From the NCBI GenBank assembly GCA_002714185.1, contig PAWM01000008.1, positions 3,091 through 67,090 of the forward strand: a DNA stretch of 64,000 nt, in the 5' to 3' direction. This document shows, piece after piece, positions 25,574 to 33,872 of this stretch. The position numbers and the translations under genes were made by a program. The notes under the pieces were generated by a model, which saw only the letters and a list, made by a program, of their open reading frames with translations, was not told where the DNA came from and ran no database searches. Each line of letters starts with the position of its first letter. Position 1 is the stretch's first letter. Origin of the DNA: Flavobacteriales bacterium. Lineage in GTDB: Bacteria; Bacteroidota; Bacteroidia; Flavobacteriales; TMED113.

Positions 25574-26413
25574 CTATATAGATCTCATACTTAAATCAAT
25601 ACTTTTAATAGAATGAGTTAAATTTCCTATTGAAATATAATTAACTCCGCATAATGCATATCCTCTTACTGTTTGTAAATTGATATTACCTGATGATTCA
25701 ATTTCATATTTTCCATTAATAATATCAACGGCTAATTTTGTTCTTTGTAAAGAAAAATTATCTAATAGAATCCTATCTACACCACCCGAAATTAGAACTT
25801 GATTTAATTCATCTAAATCTCTAACTTCAATTATGATTTTAATATCTTTCTTGATTTTCTTAAGATGTTTATGACAATTTTTAATTGCATTTGAAATACC
25901 ACCTGAAAAATCAATATGATTATCTTTTATCATAATAACATCATAGAGTCCATGTCGGTGATTTTGAGCACCTCCAATTCTCACGGCTTCTTTGTCTAAA
26001 AACCTAATACTAGGACAAGTTTTTCTTGTGTCTAATAATACAGTATTTAAATCTTGAACTTGATTGATGAAACTCCTTGTTTTTGTGGCTATTCCACTCA
26101 TTCTTTGCATACAATTTAAAACTAGTCTTTCGGTAGCTAGAATTGCTTGCTGTTTGCCGGTAATTTCAAAAATCACATCTTTTATATTAACCTCTTTGCC
26201 ATCCTCTGTGAAATGATGAAATTGTAATTCTTTATCAAAGTAATTAAATATTTTTTTTGCTATGTTTATCCCTGCAATAATACAATTATCTTTTGCTATC
26301 ATTTTAGCTGAACCTATTGCATTTTTACTAATACATGCTTGGGAGGTGATATCACCATGTCCAATATCTTCTTCCAAAGATTTTTTTATAAAGTCGTTGA
26401 TTATTTTATCCAT
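25574..26413 (-). CDS. nadC: Nicotinate-nucleotide diphosphorylase (quinolinate phosphoribosyltransferase)
   Basis: 279 aa. Motifs EDIGHGDITS, ERLVLNCMQRMSGIAT, LLDTRKT.P..R, MIKDNH and ESSGNI. Confidence 0.92.
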   Translation of the reverse strand: MDKIINDFIKKSLEEDIGHGDITSQACISKNAIGSAKMIAKDNCIIAGINIAKKIFNYFDKELQFHHFTEDGKEVNIKDVIFEITGKQQAILATERLVLNCMQRMSGIATKTRSFINQVQDLNTVLLDTRKTCPSIRFLDKEAVRIGGAQNHRHGLYDVIMIKDNHIDFSGGISNAIKNCHKHLKKIKKDIKIIIEVRDLDELNQVLISGGVDRILLDNFSLQRTKLAVDIINGKYEIESSGNINLQTVRGYALCGVNYISIGNLTHSIKSIDLSMRSI

Positions 26414-26467
26414 TGATATGGTTATCTTTATAAGTTTACAAATTAATAATATTTATTAATACAAGCT

Positions 26468-26908
26468 ATGAAATTAAAATTTATCTTTTTTGGTAAAAAA
26501 AATGATTCTTTATTAGAATCATACATAAGTAAGTATTTAAAAAGATTAAATAAATATATTAAATCCGAAATTATTTTTCTTTCTGAAAAAAATGAATTAA
26601 AAATTAAAAAAAATTTTACATCTATTATTAAGCCAAGCAATTATATTATTACTTTAAATGAAAAAGCTCAAACTATGAATACTATAAAGTATGCTAAATT
26701 TTTGAGGAAAAAAGTAGAAGACTTTGATTCAGTTATTTTGATAGTTGGTGATGCATATGGAATACCCAAATCTATAATAAGTAAATCTAACTATTCTCTT
26801 TCTCTGTCAGAAATGACTCTTCCTCATCTCATAGCTAGATTAGTTCTAGTTGAGCAAACATATCGAGTATTTACTATTTTTAACAATCATCCTTACCACC
26901 ATGAATAA
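26468..26908 (+). CDS. rlmH: 23S rRNA (pseudouridine1915-N3)-methyltransferase (SPOUT, YbeA family)
   Basis: 146 aa. The C-terminal LSLSEMTLPHLIARLVLVEQTYRVFTIFNNHPYHH matches the RlmH signature. Confidence 0.88.
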   Translation: MKLKFIFFGKKNDSLLESYISKYLKRLNKYIKSEIIFLSEKNELKIKKNFTSIIKPSNYIITLNEKAQTMNTIKYAKFLRKKVEDFDSVILIVGDAYGIPKSIISKSNYSLSLSEMTLPHLIARLVLVEQTYRVFTIFNNHPYHHE

Positions 26909-27473
26909 GTATATTTTCGCATCATCTAATCCTAATAAATTATTAGAAATATCGAAGCAACTTTCACATTTAGAATTATTGAGTTTAAATGATGTTGAAT
27001 ATTTTGATGAAATCATTGAATCGGGAATGAATCTTAGAGAAAATGCACTAATTAAGTCTAAAACTATTTTTGATAAATATAATATTGCAACTATTGCAGA
27101 TGATACAGGCTTAGAAGTATATGCTTTGAATGGAGAGCCTGGTGTATTTTCTGCTCGTTATGCTGGTCAACAAGCAAATGCACATGAAAATATAAATAAG
27201 TTACTTTCAAAGATGAATAATGTAAAGGACAGAAGAGCAAGATTTAGAACAGTTATATCTTTAACAACTAATAATGAGCAACTTTTTTTTGAAGGTGTTG
27301 TGGATGGGATTGTCACTGATAAAACTACTGGTCAATCAGGTTTTGGTTATGACCCTATATTCGTGCCTAATGGATTTAAAAAAACATTTGCTGAAATGTC
27401 ATTAGAAGAAAAAAACACCATAAGTCATAGAAGTCAAGCTATTAAAAAATTAATTGAATATTTAAAAATTTAA
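26901..27473 (+). CDS. rdgB: dITP/XTP pyrophosphatase (Ham1/RdgB family)
   Basis: Motifs MNKYIFASSNPNKLLE, DDTGLEV..LNGEPGVFSARYAG, GFGYDPIF and SHRSQA. ATG 26901 overlaps the rlmH stop by 8 nt. The track start at 26850 lies inside rlmH. Confidence 0.9.
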   Translation: MNKYIFASSNPNKLLEISKQLSHLELLSLNDVEYFDEIIESGMNLRENALIKSKTIFDKYNIATIADDTGLEVYALNGEPGVFSARYAGQQANAHENINKLLSKMNNVKDRRARFRTVISLTTNNEQLFFEGVVDGIVTDKTTGQSGFGYDPIFVPNGFKKTFAEMSLEEKNTISHRSQAIKKLIEYLKI

Positions 27474-27477
27474 ATTA

Positions 27478-28416
27478 TTACGCATTTTTAATTTGTGCTG
27501 TTATAAAATCCTTTAAATTGATTTTAGCACATTTTAACATTTGAGGGACAATGCTTTCTTCAGAAAAACCAGGTATTGTATTTATTTCAATCAAATATGG
27601 TGTAGTGTTGCTTATTATAAAATCAATTCTAATAATACCTTTTAACTCTAAATCTTTATAAATATTTTTAGCTATATTGTTAATATTATTTTTAATATTA
27701 TTTTTAATATTAGCAGGAGTTTTTTCGATAGATTTCCCGTTGTATTTTGCATCATAGTCAAAAATATCATTTTCACTAACAATTTCTGTTATGGGAAGTG
27801 TTTCAATTTTTTTATGAAAATTAAAAACAGCACATGTTACTTCTCTACCTTTAATAAATTGTTCTATTATTATTTCCTTATCATGTTTTAAAGCTTTATC
27901 TACTGCAATTTTTAATTCATCAGCATCATATACTTTACTGATTCCATAACTTGACCCACTACTGCTAGGCTTAACAATACAGGGAAATTGAGTTGTGCAT
28001 TTGTCTGTATATATTTGAGCATCGGGCACATCATATCCAAGCGATCTTAATAAATTATTACATTTAAATTTATTAAATGTAAGTTTAGATATTTTTTCAT
28101 TACAAGATGTGTAAGGAATATTTTTAGACTCAAAATAAGAACATAATTTTCCATTTTCACCAGGATTACCATGTATTATCACATATGCTTTCTCAAATTT
28201 TATTTTTTCATTTTTATAATTAAATGTAAAGTCATTATTATCAATGCAATACACATTATCCTCAATAATTACTTGAAAATTATTTATGTCAATACATAAA
28301 ACTTTATATGCATTATATTTTTTTTTATCTATGTTTTTTAAAATTGTAGCTGCACTTTTTAAAGAAATATTTTTCTCATTTGATGTTCCGCCTGTAACAA
28401 TTGCAATATTTTCCAT
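27478..28416 (-). CDS. ddl: D-alanine--D-alanine ligase
   Basis: 312 aa. Motifs IAIVTGGTSNEKNISLKSA, IHGNPGENGK, VKPSSSGSSYGISKV and IEINTIPGFSEESI. Confidence 0.9.
   Translation of the reverse strand: MENIAIVTGGTSNEKNISLKSAATILKNIDKKKYNAYKVLCIDINNFQVIIEDNVYCIDNNDFTFNYKNEKIKFEKAYVIIHGNPGENGKLCSYFESKNIPYTSCNEKISKLTFNKFKCNNLLRSLGYDVPDAQIYTDKCTTQFPCIVKPSSSGSSYGISKVYDADELKIAVDKALKHDKEIIIEQFIKGREVTCAVFNFHKKIETLPITEIVSENDIFDYDAKYNGKSIEKTPANIKNNIKNNINNIAKNIYKDLELKGIIRIDFIISNTTPYLIEINTIPGFSEESIVPQMLKCAKINLKDFITAQIKNA
27682..27711 (-). repeat. 12-nt in-frame tandem repeat (2.5 copies) inside ddl
   Basis: The + strand reads AATATTATTTTT AATATTATTTTT AATATT, encoding ...NIKNNIKNNINN... on the minus strand. 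Confidence 0.8.
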
Positions 28417-28495
28417 TTATGTAATATATAATAACTAGTTTTTAAATATAAAATTTGTTTTTTTAATTTTTGCTATTTTCTTGAATTAGAATAAA

Positions 28496-28503
28496 TATCT
28501 TTG
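28496..28503 (+). promoter_or_regulatory. -7 promoter box (TATCTTTG) upstream of the PASTA-domain gene
   Basis: TAnnTTTG match 21 nt upstream of ATG 28524. Confidence 0.35.
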
Positions 28504-28523
28504 TTATACATAATATATTTTAC

Positions 28524-29273
28524 ATGAAATTTAATTATAGATTTTTATTTTTTTTAGTATTTTTTCTAATCATTCTTTTCTTTCTTACTGTTAAGTTAAT
28601 TGATGTAACTTTAAAAAACTATACTCGTCACAATACTATTATAAAGGTTCCATCTCTTGTTGGTTTTACTTTGTCTAATGTTGAGGATACATTATCTAAA
28701 TTAGATTTAGAATATGTTATTTTAGATTCTGCAGCATATAATCCTAATTATCATCGTGGATCAATTCTCTCCCACGATCCTAAGGCAGGTAATCAAGTCA
28801 AGCCAGGCCGTAAAATATATTTAACCATCAATCCTTTTACTGTTAATTATATTCCTGTACCTGACTTAGCAAATAAATCTTTAAGGCAAGGAATTAGTTT
28901 GTTGGAAAGTAATGCTTTTAGGGTTGGAAATTTACATTATATAGATTTTTATGCAAAAAATCTTATTCGTATGCTTAAAGCAGGTGATAATGTAGTAACA
29001 AAAGGGGATAGTTTACCAAAATTTACCATTATTGATATATATTTAGGAGATGGTTATATAAAAGAAGTTGCAGTACCTGATTTATCAGGTTTAGAATTAG
29101 GTGATATTAAAAGAAAATTAAACAATTATTCTTTGAACCTAGGTAATTATTACTATGCTGATTCAATAAATGACACACTGAATTGCAGGATATATCAACA
29201 AGAGCCACTTTTTGGTGAAAAGGTTCCTTTAGGTTCTTATATTTCAATTTGGCTTAACGATTCGTTGTATTAA
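28524..29273 (+). CDS. PASTA domain-containing membrane-anchored protein
   Basis: 249 aa with an N-terminal TM helix, followed by three repeats of the VPSLVG/VPDLANK/VPDLSGL ... type (PASTA-like). Confidence 0.78.
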   Translation: MKFNYRFLFFLVFFLIILFFLTVKLIDVTLKNYTRHNTIIKVPSLVGFTLSNVEDTLSKLDLEYVILDSAAYNPNYHRGSILSHDPKAGNQVKPGRKIYLTINPFTVNYIPVPDLANKSLRQGISLLESNAFRVGNLHYIDFYAKNLIRMLKAGDNVVTKGDSLPKFTIIDIYLGDGYIKEVAVPDLSGLELGDIKRKLNNYSLNLGNYYYADSINDTLNCRIYQQEPLFGEKVPLGSYISIWLNDSLY

Positions 29274-29293
29274 TAACTTTAAAATATGTTATA

Positions 29294-30310
29294 ATGGATA
29301 AATCAGATGCGAATCAATTATACGAACACCATGTTTTTGAAGTTGAAAAAAAACATGATTTAATTAGAATTGATAAATTTCTTTTACTAAGAATTGCAAA
29401 TACTAGTAGAACAAAAATTCAAAAATCAATATCACAGGGACATGTGTTTTGCAATGAACAAATAGTAAAATCTAATTATAAAGTTAAGCCATTTGATAAA
29501 ATAAGTATATGTTTTGAACATGAACCTTACGATAAAGAAATTAAACCAGAGGATATTCCATTAGATATTGTATTTGAAGATAGTGATGTTATTGTTATTA
29601 ATAAGCCAAGTAATATGGTTGTTCACCCTAGTTATGGTCATTACACGGGTACTTTGGTGCATGCATTATTATATAAATATAAGGATATTCAAAATACAGG
29701 AGATAGTCAGAGGCCCGGATTAGTGCATCGTCTTGATAAAGATACTACTGGTTTAATGGTTGTTGCTAGAAATAGTATTTCATTAAGTCATTTAGCTGCA
29801 CAATTTGCTGAAAGAACTATTAAAAGAAAATATTATGCATTAGTTTGGGGTGATTTAAAAGACGAGGAAGGAACTATTATTGCAAATATTGGAAGGAATA
29901 AGAAAAATAGAAAATTAATGACTACATTTTCAAATAATGAGGATGGGAAATATGCGGTTACACATTATAAGGTGAAAGAACGTTTTAGATATATTACCTT
30001 AATTGAGTGTAGGCTTGAAACAGGTAGAACCCATCAAATCAGAGTCCATATGAAACATATTGGACATCCATTGTTTAATGATAATGAATATGGTGGTGAT
30101 AAAATTTTAAGAGGAACCACTTTTTCAAAGTATAAACAATTTGTTTTGAATTGTTTTAAAATATTACCTAGACAAGCATTACATGCCACTGAATTAAGTT
30201 TTATTCATCCAAAAAAAAGTAAAATTGTATCTTTTCATTCTGATTTGCCTGATGATATGCAAAACATTATTACTCGTTGGAGAGTATATGTGAATAATAC
30301 AAAAAATTAA
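29294..30310 (+). CDS. rluD: RluA-family 23S rRNA pseudouridine synthase (RluD-like, with S4 domain)
   Basis: 338 aa. Motifs RIDKFL (S4-like N-terminus), HRLDKDTTGLMVVA and GRTHQIRVHM. Confidence 0.9.
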   Translation: MDKSDANQLYEHHVFEVEKKHDLIRIDKFLLLRIANTSRTKIQKSISQGHVFCNEQIVKSNYKVKPFDKISICFEHEPYDKEIKPEDIPLDIVFEDSDVIVINKPSNMVVHPSYGHYTGTLVHALLYKYKDIQNTGDSQRPGLVHRLDKDTTGLMVVARNSISLSHLAAQFAERTIKRKYYALVWGDLKDEEGTIIANIGRNKKNRKLMTTFSNNEDGKYAVTHYKVKERFRYITLIECRLETGRTHQIRVHMKHIGHPLFNDNEYGGDKILRGTTFSKYKQFVLNCFKILPRQALHATELSFIHPKKSKIVSFHSDLPDDMQNIITRWRVYVNNTKN

Positions 30311-31938
30311 TTTGCTATTAATCTATTTATGCTTACTATTGGTATTTCTCTCGTAGGAAAAGTATATTCATGTTCGGGATCTGGTTGTAATCCAATCTTA
30401 TGAGCTATTTTCAAAAAAATATCATATTCTAAAATATATTGATTAGAAAATCCGTGGGATGCATCGTATGCAGTAATAGCTGTTTTTCCTATATTTTTAG
30501 AAGATAAAAAAGGATCAATAGTATGTAATTCAACAATTAAAAGTCCATATTTTGTTAAGTATGGATACCATCTTTTTAAATGTTCTTTTAAATTTTGTTG
30601 TACATTTCTATTTTGTAATCTTAGACCATTAGAACAGAAGGCTCCAGTTGATTCATTAAATTCTTGATTTCTTTCTTTAGGAGTTGTGTAAATTCTATTA
30701 TGATCTAAAAAAGAACGAACATTCAGTAAGTCCACAAGATTAATATTATGCTCTTGTTTCAATTTATGAGCTAGTCCATCTGGGTCACTAATATCTCCAA
30801 ATGCAGTTTTCGCCCATATATCTGCTTGATTTATGGTTTTTGTAGTTGCTTCCAGTGCTTTGTAATTAAAATCACTACCTACAATAAATAAAGGGTGTTC
30901 ATTTAATATTTTACCTCTATTTGTATTATAATATATTAAGTCAAAAATATGTTCTATTAACTTACCATTCCCACAACCTATATCTATAAATCCTTTAGGT
31001 TGTTGTTCTATTGGAAGATTAAATAAATCTAAAATAATTTTATCTATTTTTTTAAAATATGTGTTATGAGCACCTCCACTTCCCCATACATTCATACTTC
31101 TGTCTACATGTAATTCTTCTGCATCAACAGATGCAGCTTTCAGAATATTAAAATCGCCATATATTAGATTATGTATATTACGATATGTAGGTAAATATGA
31201 CACAGTCACACCATATGAAGATGCTCGTGTTAATATGAATGAGCCATAATCAGTTAATTTCATATTAGAGTCAAGAATTTCACATGCTAAAAATAAATTT
31301 TCAATTAGTGTTTTCCAGTCTTGATTGATTTTAATTATTAATGTTTTATTAGATTGAATTTGTGAAAAGCAATTGTTTCTTGATAATAAAACTAAGATTG
31401 GTCCTAATACTGCTCCTTCAAGATGAATTCTCCAATTGGACCATTTTCCCGTACAATTTTTTTGAGTTGTGCTATCGGTAGTTTTATCTTCTTTTCTCCA
31501 TTCCAAATATTTATATATTACTTGATATAAAACCGATTTATTATTGTTATTTTCTTTACTGTATTCAATAATTTCATTATAATCTATATCATTGTTAAAT
31601 AGTGGATTCAGCATTTGGTAATGCGTAAGTAAATCTAAAGAAAACCATTGTTCTATATTTACATCAGTAAAATAAACATCCTCATTGATAATTTTTTGTT
31701 TTAATACACCTTGGGAACACAATAATCTTAAGGCTACATTCATATAGCATTCATTTGCATTGAATTTAGAAGATAGTTCAGTAAGTGAACATTTGTTTTT
31801 ACTTTGAATATATTCTAAAACTTGTTTGTGTTGCAATTTAATTACAGTGGGAATTAATGCAATACCATCAAGATGTTGAAATAGATTTGCTAAGAATTTT
31901 ATTTTTTTTTCTAATTGTTCCATAGGTAATATTTTCAA
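30307..31938 (-). CDS. Large SAM-dependent methyltransferase-like protein, unknown substrate
   Basis: 543 aa. Class I SAM motif GFIDIGCGNGKLIEHI in the C-terminal half, followed by VGSDFN and GDISDP. The roughly 290-aa N-terminal region is of unknown type. Confidence 0.6.
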   Translation of the reverse strand: MKILPMEQLEKKIKFLANLFQHLDGIALIPTVIKLQHKQVLEYIQSKNKCSLTELSSKFNANECYMNVALRLLCSQGVLKQKIINEDVYFTDVNIEQWFSLDLLTHYQMLNPLFNNDIDYNEIIEYSKENNNNKSVLYQVIYKYLEWRKEDKTTDSTTQKNCTGKWSNWRIHLEGAVLGPILVLLSRNNCFSQIQSNKTLIIKINQDWKTLIENLFLACEILDSNMKLTDYGSFILTRASSYGVTVSYLPTYRNIHNLIYGDFNILKAASVDAEELHVDRSMNVWGSGGAHNTYFKKIDKIILDLFNLPIEQQPKGFIDIGCGNGKLIEHIFDLIYYNTNRGKILNEHPLFIVGSDFNYKALEATTKTINQADIWAKTAFGDISDPDGLAHKLKQEHNINLVDLLNVRSFLDHNRIYTTPKERNQEFNESTGAFCSNGLRLQNRNVQQNLKEHLKRWYPYLTKYGLLIVELHTIDPFLSSKNIGKTAITAYDASHGFSNQYILEYDIFLKIAHKIGLQPDPEHEYTFPTREIPIVSINRLIAN

Positions 31939-31967
31939 ATCTAATATTATATAATTAATTTAGCATA

Positions 31968-32924
31968 GTGCGGATACATAAATACATTATATTTTTTTAT
32001 TTATTTATTTTTTCTTGTGAGAGGAATATTGTTAGTTCAGTTGAATCAGATGATTTATCTTATGTTTCATTATGTAATGATAAAGATTTCCTGAACACCT
32101 TATCTGTATTGTCATTTAATAAATTAAGTACTACATCCTTAAATAGTGTTGCTGAAGTTATTGAGCATCTTGATCCTGATATAATTGGTTTACAAGAGGC
32201 TTATGATATGGGCTTAGATATTGCAGATAGATTTAATTATTGTTATTATGGTAATACTAAAAATAGTACTGCTGTATTATCAAAATATCCAATTCAAGGA
32301 ATAAATTATATGCAGTCAAAGATAATTTTAAATGACTCATTGTACATAAATTTTTTTAATCTTCACTTAAATGCATATCCTTATCAACCATATGATATAC
32401 GAGATACTATTATTACAACTGAAGCACAGGCAATATATCAAGCTCAACAGACAAGAGGCGATGAAGTAGATTTATTAAAATCACTAATACTTGAATCGAT
32501 GAATCCTATGCCGACAATTGTTACAGGAGATTTTAATGAGCCTTCTCATTTAGATTGGGTAGTTGGTGCTCAAAATCCACAAAATTTTCAAATTAATGGA
32601 GATGACTTTATAGTTAATTGGCCTACATCCCATTTGATGTCTGATATGGATTTTATTGATTCTTACAGAGAAAAATATAACAACCCAGTTGAGTCCCCTG
32701 GCTATACATGGACACCAAATATTAGTTTAAATGAAGTCAATGATAGAATAGATTTTATTTATTATCGTCCAAGCTATGATTTGAGTATTATTGATGATAA
32801 TATATTAGGTATTTCTCTTGCCTCAGTTTATGTTATTGGACCTGATCAATTCTCTAATATTATCATAGATAATTATGAATCTGATCATCGTGGTGTATTT
32901 GCAATTTTTAATATTGATTATTAA
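31968..32924 (+). CDS. Endonuclease/exonuclease/phosphatase (EEP) family lipoprotein
   Basis: 318 aa, GTG start. Lipobox ...FIFSC. EEP motifs DIIGLQEA, VTGDFNEPSHLDW and SDHRGVFA. Confidence 0.8.
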   Translation: MRIHKYIIFFYLFIFSCERNIVSSVESDDLSYVSLCNDKDFLNTLSVLSFNKLSTTSLNSVAEVIEHLDPDIIGLQEAYDMGLDIADRFNYCYYGNTKNSTAVLSKYPIQGINYMQSKIILNDSLYINFFNLHLNAYPYQPYDIRDTIITTEAQAIYQAQQTRGDEVDLLKSLILESMNPMPTIVTGDFNEPSHLDWVVGAQNPQNFQINGDDFIVNWPTSHLMSDMDFIDSYREKYNNPVESPGYTWTPNISLNEVNDRIDFIYYRPSYDLSIIDDNILGISLASVYVIGPDQFSNIIIDNYESDHRGVFAIFNIDY

Positions 32925-33095
32925 TTTTCTTTTGATTTACTGTTGAATAATTGTAGTCCAACTGGAAATAATAAAAAAAGAAAAATAAATTTTTGTGTTA
33001 TTATTCCAATAATTGTTATTATTAACAATAGAATACATAAGATGTGATAGTCAATTTCTTTCATATTAAAATATTTCTTTTACTAATATATATTA

Positions 33096-33103
33096 TATAT
33101 TTG
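33096..33103 (+). promoter_or_regulatory. -7 promoter box (TATATTTG) upstream of the K+ channel gene
   Basis: TAnnTTTG match 25 nt upstream of GTG 33128. Confidence 0.35.
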
Positions 33104-33127
33104 GAAAAAATATATTAATTATTATTC

Positions 33128-33868
33128 GTGAAAAATAATCAATTAAAAAACAAAATATATAACATTATTTTTACCACTAATGGTAAGTATGCTTATCTTT
33201 TTGATGTTTGGCTACTAGTTTTTATACTTTTATCTTGCCTTGCAGTTATATTGGAGAGTGTCCCAAGCATTGGTTTGGAATATGGAAAAACTTTATCTGT
33301 AATTGAATGGTTTTTTACTATTATATTTACTGTTGAATATATATTAAGAATTTATTCTTCTAAAAAAACATGGAAATATATTTTTTCTTGGTGGGGTATT
33401 ATTGATTTATTAGCGATTTTACCTACTTATATTAGTGTTTTATTTCCTGGAGCAGAAACTGTTACAGTACTATTAGATATTAGAATATTAAGACTTATTA
33501 GAGTTTTTAGAGTTTTTAAACTAAAGAAATATATTACGGGAGGTAATATTATGATGATTGCTTTAGATAAATCTAGGCCTAAAATTTTAGCATTTGTTCT
33601 ATTCATTTTATTAGTAGCAGTAGTGTTAGGGTCATTAATGTATGTAATTGAAGGTCAAAAAAATGGTTTTGATACACTTCCAGACTCTATTTATTGGGCG
33701 ATAGTTACTCTTACTACAGTTGGATATGGAGATGTTGTTCCAGTTACGATTTTGGGTAAAATTATAGCAACTTTTATTATGATTTTAGGTTATGGTATTA
33801 TTGCTGTTCCAACTGGAATAGTTTCTGCTGAAATTGCTAAGGAAAATAATCCAAATTCTAATAAATAA
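33128..33868 (+). CDS. Voltage-gated-type (6TM, Kv-like) potassium channel
   Basis: 246 aa. S4-like RILRLIRVFRVFKLKK with basic residues every third position. Selectivity filter TLTTVGYGD. Six predicted TM segments. Confidence 0.85.
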   Translation: MKNNQLKNKIYNIIFTTNGKYAYLFDVWLLVFILLSCLAVILESVPSIGLEYGKTLSVIEWFFTIIFTVEYILRIYSSKKTWKYIFSWWGIIDLLAILPTYISVLFPGAETVTVLLDIRILRLIRVFRVFKLKKYITGGNIMMIALDKSRPKILAFVLFILLVAVVLGSLMYVIEGQKNGFDTLPDSIYWAIVTLTTVGYGDVVPVTILGKIIATFIMILGYGIIAVPTGIVSAEIAKENNPNSNK

Positions 33869-33872
33869 TAAT

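Noticed and set aside
32921-33064. 47-codon minus-strand ORF (MKEIDYHILCILLLIITIIGIITQKFIFLFLLFPVGLQLFNSKSKEN) in the 203-bp gap between the EEP gene and the K+ channel gene
   Set aside because: It is hydrophobic and fills the gap neatly. However, it is too short and too compositionally typical of AT-rich DNA to call without conservation or expression evidence. It is worth a tBLASTn check only.
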